This document shows, in pieces, positions 32,142 through 39,331 of a DNA stretch of 40,261 bases. A program made the position numbers and the translations under genes. The notes below the pieces were generated by a model that was not told where the DNA came from, did not search any database, and saw only the letters and a program-made list of their open reading frames with translations. The stretch spans positions 1-40,261 of the forward strand of contig JACQRD010000080.1 in NCBI GenBank assembly GCA_016206675.1, read 5' to 3'. The DNA is from Candidatus Omnitrophota bacterium. Its GTDB lineage: Bacteria; Omnitrophota; Gorgyraeia; Aquiviventales; Aquiviventaceae. Every line of letters begins with the position of its first letter. Positions within the stretch are counted from its first letter, which is position 1.

Positions 32142-32167
32142 GCGTTTTCCTTCCTCAATGGCGCGCG

Positions 32168-32234
32168 TGGTTCGGGGTTCTGGGTTCGGGGCTCAGGGCA
32201 GTTGCCCACAGCCCACAACCCTGAACCCAGAGCC
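32168..32234. repeat. Heptamer-periodic palindromic element of the GGGTTCG/CGAACCC family (copy 3), between ssb and rpsR.
   Basis: Arm 32169-32198 versus arm 32205-32234 is complementary at 23 of 30 positions, with the centre gggca-gt-tgccc. Confidence 0.85.
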
Positions 32235-32248
32235 GCATGCGCTTATTT

Positions 32249-32722
32249 TTAGAATGGAACGTCGGCGTCCGTGCCGCTTTCCACCGCCGGCTCAGGCTCG
32301 CTGTCGCCGCTGGGGGCCGAGACCTCACCGGGAGCGTCTGACCGCGAGGCACTACCTGGCCCGCCCGGCCCGCCTGCCTGCGTCGCAGCTGCGGCAGGTG
32401 GGCCGAGAAACTGCACCCGGTCCGCCCGCACCTCCATGGTGGAACGCGTCTTGCCTTCGGCTTCCCAACTGCGGTAGATCAGCCGCCCTTCCACAAAGAT
32501 GGAGCGGCCCTTCTTCAAATACTGGTTGCACAGCTCCGCCTGCTTGCTCCAAACCACCACGGTCACGAAGCAGGTTTCTTCTTTGCGCTGCCCGTCCTGC
32601 CCCTTGAAGCTGGAGTTGACCGCCAGGCGCAGGTTGGCGACGGGCGTGCCGCTGGGGATGTAGCGCAGCTCGGGATCTTTGGTGAGATTGCCGATCAAGA
32701 GGACGCGGTTGAGGCTGACCAT
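32249..32722 (-). CDS. ssb: Single-stranded DNA-binding protein
   Basis: MVSLNRVLLIGNLTKDPELRY OB-fold N-terminus and the acidic tip DADVPF. ATG 32722 lies 2 nt after the rpsF stop. The track ORF is over-extended to 32857. Confidence 0.95.
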   Translation of the reverse strand: MVSLNRVLLIGNLTKDPELRYIPSGTPVANLRLAVNSSFKGQDGQRKEETCFVTVVVWSKQAELCNQYLKKGRSIFVEGRLIYRSWEAEGKTRSTMEVRADRVQFLGPPAAAATQAGGPGGPGSASRSDAPGEVSAPSGDSEPEPAVESGTDADVPF

Positions 32723-32724
32723 GG

Positions 32725-33039
32725 CTAGTTGCGCGCCGAGGCGAGCTCGTCTTCGCTTAAGATGATAAACCGCACGACCGACTCGTTGAGGCGGAAGAGC
32801 CGTTCCAGCTCGCCAATCTGCTGCGTCGGGGCGTGGAAGCGTACCACATAGTAACAACCCTCCGTCTGGCGCGCAATGCGAAAGGCCAGCCGCCGCCGGC
32901 CCATGGGCTGGATGCTGTCGATCCGTCCGCCCAACTTCTTGATTGGCTCTTCCAGCCGGGCGGCCTGCTGGGCCAGCTCCTGCTCCGTGCCGCCGGAGCG
33001 GATGATAATCATCGCTTCATATTCTCGCGTTCTGTCCAT
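32725..33039 (-). CDS. rpsF: 30S ribosomal protein S6
   Basis: REYEAMIIIR start typical of S6. ATG 33039 is preceded by AGGTGG. An alternative start is ATG 33054. Confidence 0.93.
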   Translation of the reverse strand: MDRTREYEAMIIIRSGGTEQELAQQAARLEEPIKKLGGRIDSIQPMGRRRLAFRIARQTEGCYYVVRFHAPTQQIGELERLFRLNESVVRFIILSEDELASARN

Positions 33040-33060
33040 CGCACCACCTGCCATGCAATC

Positions 33061-33633
33061 CTACGCTGCGTTGTAGCGGTTCATCACCGCGTCGATCCCG
33101 TCACGCGCCCACGCTTCGCAGGCCTCCACCGCCTGCTGAATGGCTTGCTTGATGGCCGCGCACTCCTCGCTCGGAAAGGCGCAGAGCACGTACTGCTCGA
33201 GATCCTGCGGCATCCGCGTCGTGCCCACGCCGATGCGCAGCCGGGCCACCGCGTCCGTCCCCAGCGCCTCCAGGCACGAGACCAACCCGTGGTGGCCGCC
33301 GGCGCCGCCCTGGGCTTTCAGGCGAATGGTGCCCAGCGGCAAGTTGACATCGTCACAGATGATCAGCAGATCCTCTGCCGGGGCCGCCAGCGCCTTCAAG
33401 GCGTCCCCGGACTCATTCATCATCGTCAAGGGCATCAACAGCCGGATCGGCTGTGCGGCTTGCGTATAGTCGCCGTACACCGCCGCCGGCCGTCCATCGG
33501 CCGGGTGCGCCAACGTGCAGTCGAGTGCCACCTGCCGCGCGTGCGCCAACTGCTGGATGACGGCAAAGCCCACGTTGTGGCGGGTGCCGTGATACGTATG
33601 GCCCGGATTGCCAAGACCGATCAATATCTTCAC
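33061..33633 (-). CDS. pth: Peptidyl-tRNA hydrolase
   Basis: VKILIGLGNPG...TRHNVGF N-terminus from GTG 33633. The upstream part of the track ORF (to 33699) is the translated repeat element. Confidence 0.93.
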   Translation of the reverse strand: MKILIGLGNPGHTYHGTRHNVGFAVIQQLAHARQVALDCTLAHPADGRPAAVYGDYTQAAQPIRLLMPLTMMNESGDALKALAAPAEDLLIICDDVNLPLGTIRLKAQGGAGGHHGLVSCLEALGTDAVARLRIGVGTTRMPQDLEQYVLCAFPSEECAAIKQAIQQAVEACEAWARDGIDAVMNRYNAA

Positions 33634-33634
33634 G

Positions 33635-33767
33635 TCCAAATTCCAAATCCCAAATTCCAAATCCCAGATAAGCACCAAGCACCAAGCACCAAGCACCAAG
33701 CCGTTTGGAATTTGGCGCTTGGAATTTGGAATTTATTTGGAGCTTGGGATTTGGGATTTGGTGCTTG
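33635..33767. repeat. AT-rich ~133-bp nested heptamer-periodic palindromic element (TCCAAAT, AGCACCA and TTGGGAT words), between ctc and pth.
   Basis: (tccaaat/cccaaat)x4 at 33635-33666 and (agcacca)x4.4 at 33671-33701, then complementary ttggaat/ttgggat/ggtgctt words to 33767. Confidence 0.88.
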
Positions 33768-33773
33768 CATGCG

Positions 33774-34508
33774 TTAGGCGTTCTTGCCTTCTTTGGCTTC
33801 TTTCTTCGGCTCTGCTTCAGCTTTGGGTTTGGGCGCGCCTTCCGCCGGGGCTTGCGGCTCTTCCTTCTTCTCGCGGATGACCTCCGGCTCGGTGACGGCC
33901 GCGGCCGCTTCCTCCGGCTTCTCTTCCTTCGGTTTCTGGACCGAGGCGATGGCGCTGTCCAGATCGCTCGTGATCTTGGTATGGGCGGGCGGGGCGAGGT
34001 CGCGCACGTGGATGGTGTCGCCGATCTTCATGGCGCTCACGTCGAACTCCACGCTCGCCGGAATCTCCGTCGGCAGACACTCCACCTCCACCTCGCGCAG
34101 GAAGTGCTCCAGCAGGCCGCCCTCCTGCTTGACCCCCACCGGCTCTCCCTTCAGCACCACCGGCACCTTGACCTTCAACCGCTCCGTCAGCGTGATCGCA
34201 TGGAAATCCACGTGCAGGACGCGGCCGTCCACCGGGTGGTACTGCATGGATTTCAGCAGCGCGGGCTTCTCCCATGACGGCGCGCCGGCCAGCTTGAGTT
34301 TCACCAGCGAGTGCTCCCCGGCCTTGGAATGCAGCACTTTCACCAGCGCCTTATGGTCCATCACGACGGGCACCGGCTCCATGCCGCGGCCGTAGACGAC
34401 GCCGGGGACTGCGCCCTCCCCGCGCAACCGCCGGATGCGCCGCGTGCCGACGGTCTGCCGCCGCGCAATCTTCAACTCCAGCTCTGTGGTTGCCTTTGTC
34501 TGTGCCAT
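33774..34508 (-). CDS. rplY: 50S ribosomal protein L25 / general stress protein Ctc
   Basis: GKGAVRRLR-type N-terminus (RRIRRLRGEGAVPGVVYG), two-domain Ctc form with an acidic and Lys-rich tail. Confidence 0.9.
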   Translation of the reverse strand: MAQTKATTELELKIARRQTVGTRRIRRLRGEGAVPGVVYGRGMEPVPVVMDHKALVKVLHSKAGEHSLVKLKLAGAPSWEKPALLKSMQYHPVDGRVLHVDFHAITLTERLKVKVPVVLKGEPVGVKQEGGLLEHFLREVEVECLPTEIPASVEFDVSAMKIGDTIHVRDLAPPAHTKITSDLDSAIASVQKPKEEKPEEAAAAVTEPEVIREKKEEPQAPAEGAPKPKAEAEPKKEAKEGKNA

Positions 34509-34540
34509 CTGATGTCCCTCAGGTTCTACTCACACCGGCG

Positions 34541-35515
34541 CTAGCCAGGGATGCCATCAAACAACGAGCTGATCGACTGCTCGTAGTGGATGCGCGCAAT
34601 CGCATCCCCCAGCAGCGACGCCACCGACAAGACGGTAATCTTCGGGTGCCGTGTCTGCTGGGCCAGCGGAATGGTGTCCGTCACCATCAGCTCCTTCAGG
34701 CAGGAGGAGGCGATGCGGCTCTTGGCCGGCCCCGACAACACCGGGTGCGTGACGCACGCGTACACCGCGGTCGCCCCGGCCTGCTGCACCGCCTCGGCCG
34801 CTTCCACCAAGGAGCTGCCGGTGGCGATCAAATCATCGACGAGAATGCAGGTCTTGCCTTTAACCTCGCCGAGAATGTGCATCACCTCGGTGGCCTCGGG
34901 GCTGCTGCGGCGCTTATCCACAATGGCCAATCCCGCTCCCAGCCGCTTCGCGTAGGCGCGGGCCATCTTAATGCCGCCGACATCCGGCGAGACGACGACC
35001 ACCGCCTTCAGCCGCTTCTGCCGGATGGAGCGCTCGAAGACGGTCACCGCGTAGAGATGATCCAGCGGGATGTCGAAGAACCCTTGGATTTGCCCCGTGT
35101 GCAGATCCATGGTGAGCACGCGGTCGGCCCCCGCCGTCGTGATCAGGTTGGCGACGAGCTTCGCCGTAATCGGCACGCGCGGCTGATCCTTGCGGTCCTG
35201 CCGGGCATAGCCGTAATACGGGATGACCGCCGTGATGCGCCGCGCCGAGGCGCGCCGCAGCGCATCGAGCATGATGAGCAGCTCCATCAGATTGTCGTTG
35301 GTCGGGGGGCACGTCGGCTGCACGACGAAGACGTCCTTGCCGCGCACGTTCTCATTGATCTTCAGACGGATCTCCCCCTCGCTGAAGCGGCTCACCAGCG
35401 AATCCGTCAGCGTGATGCCCAGATGCTTGCAAATCGCCTTCGCCAACGCCGGGTTGGCGTTGCCGCTGACGATGGCCAGCTCTTTGGCGAGCGCCAGGGA
35501 GGAGGGTTTCCGCAT
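34541..35515 (-). CDS. prs: Ribose-phosphate pyrophosphokinase
   Basis: PYYGYARQDRK and DLHTGQIQGFF motifs plus the PRPP-binding loop VDDLIATGSS. Confidence 0.97.
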   Translation of the reverse strand: MRKPSSLALAKELAIVSGNANPALAKAICKHLGITLTDSLVSRFSEGEIRLKINENVRGKDVFVVQPTCPPTNDNLMELLIMLDALRRASARRITAVIPYYGYARQDRKDQPRVPITAKLVANLITTAGADRVLTMDLHTGQIQGFFDIPLDHLYAVTVFERSIRQKRLKAVVVVSPDVGGIKMARAYAKRLGAGLAIVDKRRSSPEATEVMHILGEVKGKTCILVDDLIATGSSLVEAAEAVQQAGATAVYACVTHPVLSGPAKSRIASSCLKELMVTDTIPLAQQTRHPKITVLSVASLLGDAIARIHYEQSISSLFDGIPG

Positions 35516-35518
35516 GCG

Positions 35519-37087
35519 TTATCGCTTCGATCGCTTCCGCGCGACGGCCTTGCGCGCCGGCCGCGCCGCACGGCGCCTGGACTTCGACGCGGCGCGGACG
35601 GGGCGCTTCGGCTTGGCGGAAGGCCTGACGGCTTTGCGCTTGGACGGCTTCGCGGCAGGCTTCGCCGCCCGCGCCGATTTCAGCTTCATCTTGACCTTGA
35701 CCGCCCCTTCGCGCTTGGCGGGCGGCGCGCCGTCGGTTCTCGGCGCCCCGTTGGAGGCCAGCGCCCGCGTCCCTCGACTGCGCTCCCCGGCCCGACCTTC
35801 GCCAGCGCCGGGGCGGGCGGGACTCGGCCCGCCGTCCTGGCCGAGGGGCCTCGCGGGCACGCCGACGACGACCCCCTTGGCCGGCACATCGTGATCCCGC
35901 GTGACGACGCTGCCCGCCCCCGTGATGGCCCCCGGCCCGACCTTCACCGGCGCAATCAGCACGGTATCGGAGCCGATGAATGCCCCCTTGCCAATGTGGG
36001 TGGCGTGCTTCTCCTTGCCGTCATAGTTGGCGGTGATCGTGCCGGCGCCGATGTTCGCGCCCTCATCAATGGTCGCGTCGCCCAAGTACGAGACGTGGTT
36101 GATCCGCACGCGGGGCCCCACTTTCGTGCGGACTAGCTCAACGAAGTTGCCGATGCGCACCTCATCCGCCACGGCGACTCCGCGGCGCAGGCGCGCGAAG
36201 GGGCCGATCACGCAGCGCTTGCCGATCGACACGCCCGTTTCAATTACCGTGTACGGGCGGATCGTCGTGTCCGCGCCGATGGACACCCCGTAATCGATGA
36301 AGGTGGACTGCGGATCCTCGATCGTCACGCCGTTCTGCAGGTGCATGTCGACGATCCGCTGGCGGATGACGCCGGTCGCCCGGGCCAGCTCGCCGCGTGA
36401 ATTGATCCCGAGCGCCTCGGAAACCTCCTCCACCTTGGCGACGTGGATCTTCGCCCCCTCCTGCTTGGCGATGTGCGAGATGATCTGGGTGAGGTAGAGC
36501 TCCTTCTTGCTCGCGCTGGGGGTGACGGTGGCCAGGGCCGCCACCAGCGCCTGGGTGTTGCAGATGAGCGTGCCGACGTTCACTTCCCGGATGGCCCGCT
36601 GGGCGGCGTTGGCCTCAGCCTCCTCGATGATGCCGACGACCTTGCCGTTCTCATCCCGCGCGATGCGGCCGTAGCCGCTGGGGTCGGCCAAGTGCGCCGT
36701 CAGCAGGGTGCAGGTGGCCCCGGCCTTGAAATGGGTTTCAATCAGCTTTTGGACCGTCGTGCGGCGCAGCAGCGGCGTGTCTCCGTAGAGGATCAACACC
36801 TCGCCGGTGGGAGCGCCGAGTGCCTTTTTCGCCACCAACACCGCGTCGCCGGTGCCGGCGCGGTTGGGCTGCAGCACCACCTTCGTCTCCTTGGGCAGGT
36901 GTGGCTTGACCAGCTCCGCCCCCTTGCCGAGCACGACGATCGGCTGCTTGACGCCGGCGCCGGCCGCGAGATTGAGCGCGTACGAAATCATGGGGCGGCC
37001 GCAAATCGAGTGGAGCACCTTCGGCAGCTCGGACTTCATCCGCGTGCCTTCGCCCGCCGCCAAAATGATCGCGTGCACTGTTCTCAT
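35519..37087 (-). CDS. glmU: Bifunctional GlcNAc-1-P uridyltransferase / GlcN-1-P acetyltransferase GlmU, with a ~100-aa basic C-terminal extension
   Basis: ILAAGEGTRMKS nucleotidyltransferase motif and an LbH acetyltransferase domain. The tail (35522-35827) is Ala/Lys/Arg/Pro-rich (KSARAAKPAAKPSKRKAVRPSAKPKRPVRAASKSRRRAARPARKAVARKRSKR). Confidence 0.92.
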   Translation of the reverse strand: MRTVHAIILAAGEGTRMKSELPKVLHSICGRPMISYALNLAAGAGVKQPIVVLGKGAELVKPHLPKETKVVLQPNRAGTGDAVLVAKKALGAPTGEVLILYGDTPLLRRTTVQKLIETHFKAGATCTLLTAHLADPSGYGRIARDENGKVVGIIEEAEANAAQRAIREVNVGTLICNTQALVAALATVTPSASKKELYLTQIISHIAKQEGAKIHVAKVEEVSEALGINSRGELARATGVIRQRIVDMHLQNGVTIEDPQSTFIDYGVSIGADTTIRPYTVIETGVSIGKRCVIGPFARLRRGVAVADEVRIGNFVELVRTKVGPRVRINHVSYLGDATIDEGANIGAGTITANYDGKEKHATHIGKGAFIGSDTVLIAPVKVGPGAITGAGSVVTRDHDVPAKGVVVGVPARPLGQDGGPSPARPGAGEGRAGERSRGTRALASNGAPRTDGAPPAKREGAVKVKMKLKSARAAKPAAKPSKRKAVRPSAKPKRPVRAASKSRRRAARPARKAVARKRSKR

Positions 37088-37114
37088 GAGTGTCGCCTCG
37101 CGCGGTTACGATCC

Positions 37115-37933
37115 CTAGAGCGCATCATCACGATCACACGCTTGAACCGCCACATCTCCAATTGGATCGAACCCCGACTCCATCAGGAGAGCTGGGGAGC
37201 CAGGATTCGAACCTGGAGTCTTCTGATCCAAAGTCAGATGTGCTGCCATTGCACCACTCCCCAACGAGTTGCCGACCCCCATGATCCATCCGGCGATCCG
37301 ACGATTCAATGCGCTACTGCAAGCAACTCTGACTCGCACCAGGCCATGATACGCATCACCAACATTGGTCCTGCGAGTCGCGGGGCGGTGGCGCTTCCAT
37401 CGAACGTGCGCCAGTTTCTCAACGGGAACCTGTAGTTGCGTCGACCAAAAACTCCGAGCGCGTTGCGCATCACCCGTTTCATGGAGATACAGCTCGAAGC
37501 TCAGTTGCTCCTCTGAGACACCACAGATCTCTTGGGCCCATCTCATGAACAATTTGATAGCGAGGGGATCGGAGTTGGTGAAAATGACGCTTGCCGAAAC
37601 GTTTCCGGGCTTTTGCTTTGCCCCTTCAGCCCAGTAGAGCGCGAGTCCCAGCAACCAGAGGTCTCGCCGAGACAGTACGCCGATTTCTTGACTCGACGCT
37701 TCAAGAAGGGCCTGCGTTCGCGCGATGCGAGCTGCTTTGACGACCGCCGCCCCTTTTCGCTGCGCAATACGCTTCAACTCTGTCAGTCGTTGTGGTTGAG
37801 TTTCCACCAATCCTTCGGCCTTCAACCAACGCCATAACGTCGATTTGGCTACTCGGGACTGCCGGAGGATGGCCTCGTACGTCAACCCTTGACGCCGCAG
37901 ACGGAGAGCTCCATCGCGTTCAGATCGCTTCAT
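37115..37933 (-). CDS. HTH-domain protein with a LAGLIDADG-like (homing-endonuclease-like) core. The ORF has no stop of its own and reads through tRNA-Gln.
   Basis: The N-terminus has a resolvase/IS-type HTH (LTYEAILRQSRVAKSTLWRWLK). LLGLALYWAEGAK resembles a LAGLIDADG motif, followed by a VIFTNSDP...FMRW pattern. Codons from LGSGAMAAHLTLDQKTPGSNPGSP onward are the tRNA sequence itself. GC content is markedly lower than in the flanks. Confidence 0.5.
   Translation of the reverse strand: MKRSERDGALRLRRQGLTYEAILRQSRVAKSTLWRWLKAEGLVETQPQRLTELKRIAQRKGAAVVKAARIARTQALLEASSQEIGVLSRRDLWLLGLALYWAEGAKQKPGNVSASVIFTNSDPLAIKLFMRWAQEICGVSEEQLSFELYLHETGDAQRARSFWSTQLQVPVEKLAHVRWKRHRPATRRTNVGDAYHGLVRVRVACSSALNRRIAGWIMGVGNSLGSGAMAAHLTLDQKTPGSNPGSPALLMESGFDPIGDVAVQACDRDDAL
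37192..37263 (-). tRNA. tRNA-Gln (anticodon UUG)
   Basis: Hand-folded cloverleaf TGGGGAG-TG-GTGC..AGCAC-A-TCTGA-CTTTGGA-TCAGA-AGAC-TCCAGG-TTCGAAT-CCTGG-CTCCCCA-G. It has a 7-bp acceptor stem with the U1-A72 pair typical of bacterial tRNA-Gln, the GTTCGAATC T-loop, and no encoded CCA. Confidence 0.9.
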
Positions 37934-38375
37934 GCGCTGCGCTCAAAGAACTTGACACTCCCATCGTGGTTTTCGTGCGCTCGGCCTCGTAGACGTCCAA
38001 AATCTTCGCCTGCAGGTACTGGCGAAATTCCGCCGTGATCGGATGCGCGATATCGCGGTGCGCCGACGCCTCGCCGGCCTCCGCCTCCGGTGCTACCGCC
38101 GCGGGAGGCAGGCGGCTGCCGCACTGCACGCAGAACCGGCTGCCGACGTCGTTCTTAAACTGGCAGCGCCCGCACGCCACCTTCGTCTTGTGCGAGGGCA
38201 TCGCGACGAAGGGCCCGTGCCGCCCCTCGATCACCTTGATGTTGCGCACCACGAAGCAGTGATCGAACGTGACGGTGGCGTACGCCTTCAGCCGCTGCTC
38301 TCCCGGCCGCCGTTCACCCGCGCCCGTCCGTGCGACCGGCGCGCGCAGTGCGACCCGAACGTCGGTGACCTCCAT
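37920..38375 (-). CDS. spoVG: SpoVG-family protein with an inserted C4 zinc ribbon
   Basis: MEVTDVRV..LKAYATVTFDHCFVVRNIKVIEGRHGPFVAMPS...RDIAHPI matches SpoVG. ATG 38375 has GGAGGT 6 nt upstream. The CGRC-x10-CVQC insertion lies between the conserved blocks. Confidence 0.85.
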   Translation of the reverse strand: MEVTDVRVALRAPVARTGAGERRPGEQRLKAYATVTFDHCFVVRNIKVIEGRHGPFVAMPSHKTKVACGRCQFKNDVGSRFCVQCGSRLPPAAVAPEAEAGEASAHRDIAHPITAEFRQYLQAKILDVYEAERTKTTMGVSSSLSAAHEAI

Positions 38376-39252
38376 CCCGCACCTCCGCTGCGGTCTGAAC
38401 GGTCTCAATGCGCCACGAGGCCGGCGCCTGCTCGCTCAGCTGCCGTGCCACCCGACGGGCGTGAGCCGTGTTCCGACAGACGCCGAACACCGCCGGCCCG
38501 CTGCCGGAGAGACGACTGGCGAGGCAACCCTGCGAGATCAATGCCGACTGAATCGTGCGAATGACGGGACAACGCCGGATCGCTTCGGGCTCCAAATCGT
38601 TCCACATCCCTGAAGCGAGCTCGCCGAGCGAGCCGTTGCGTAAGGCGTGTTCTACTATGCTACTGGAGGGCTTCGACGCTGTCAAGCTGAATTGAGCACC
38701 TGCAAAAACCTCGCTTGTCGAAAGGCGCGCATCCGGCACCACCAGCACATGCGCCAGGCGAGGCGCGGCAGCGATGGGACGGCAGATGTCCCCCCGCCCT
38801 GTCCCGACGACATAGGGCGCATTATAGAGGAAGCATGGTACATCAGCCCCTAATTGAGCAGCTAACCCGACAAGCGTCTGGTGATCGAGCTTCAATTCCC
38901 ACAACGCATTCAGTCCGAGGAGGGCGGTGGCGGCATCCGAGGAGCCTCCCCCCAGCCCGGCGGCAATGGGGATGCGCTTGGCCAGATGGACGGCCGCACC
39001 AGGTCGGCTGCCTGCAGCGCGCTGCAGCAGGCGGGCGGCTTTCATGATGAGGTTGTCTTCCCCGCAGGAGAGCGTGGGATCGCTGCACGTCAGTTCGATG
39101 CCGCTGGGACGCGGCTCGAGGACCAGCTCGTCGGTGAGGTCGATCCACTCGAAGATCGTCTCCAGCTCATGATAGCCGTCCGGCCGCTTGCCGACGACAC
39201 GGAGATAGAGATTGAGTTTGGCGGGCGCCGCCACGCGCAGAGAAGAAGCCAT
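38314..39252 (-). CDS. ispE: 4-diphosphocytidyl-2-C-methyl-D-erythritol kinase
   Basis: APAKLNLYLRVVGKRPDGYHEL and the GHMP motif IPIAAGLGGGSSDAA. ATG 39252 is preferred over GTG 39285. The 3' end overlaps spoVG by 62 nt. Confidence 0.9.
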   Translation of the reverse strand: MASSLRVAAPAKLNLYLRVVGKRPDGYHELETIFEWIDLTDELVLEPRPSGIELTCSDPTLSCGEDNLIMKAARLLQRAAGSRPGAAVHLAKRIPIAAGLGGGSSDAATALLGLNALWELKLDHQTLVGLAAQLGADVPCFLYNAPYVVGTGRGDICRPIAAAPRLAHVLVVPDARLSTSEVFAGAQFSLTASKPSSSIVEHALRNGSLGELASGMWNDLEPEAIRRCPVIRTIQSALISQGCLASRLSGSGPAVFGVCRNTAHARRVARQLSEQAPASWRIETVQTAAEVRDGGHRRSGRTARAGRTDGRG

Positions 39253-39259
39253 CTGGGTT

Positions 39260-39304
39260 AGCACACAGCACTCAGCAATCAGCACACAGCAACTGCGGAC
39301 TGCC
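39260..39304. repeat. Solo arm of the heptamer-word families (agcacac/agcactc/agcaatc words followed by ctgcggactgcc), with no complementary partner nearby.
   Basis: agcacacagcactcagcaatcagcacacagcaactgcggactgcc. I found no inverted copy within the 39253-39331 spacer. Confidence 0.6.
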
Positions 39305-39331
39305 GCCTCAATCCGTCACGCCGAGCGGCGG

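Noticed and set aside
6263-32234. Calling the inter-operon hairpins canonical Rho-independent terminators.
   Set aside because: None of the stems is followed by a T/U-tract on the transcribed strand. Several sit inside apparent operons or inside coding sequence. They are reported as repeats, and any terminator role is left as a hypothesis.
4076-33767. Possibility that the short tandem word arrays are CRISPR arrays or ordinary microsatellites.
   Set aside because: The period is about 7 nt, with no spacers and only 3-5 units per arm. Every array is paired with an inverted partner 5-30 nt away, so there is no CRISPR repeat-spacer architecture. No cas genes are present in the window.
37088-37191. 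Possible additional small RNA or attachment-site repeat between glmU and tRNA-Gln.
   Set aside because: I could find no cloverleaf, no direct repeat of the tRNA 3' end, and no conspicuous stem. The segment is covered only by the read-through tail of the islet ORF.
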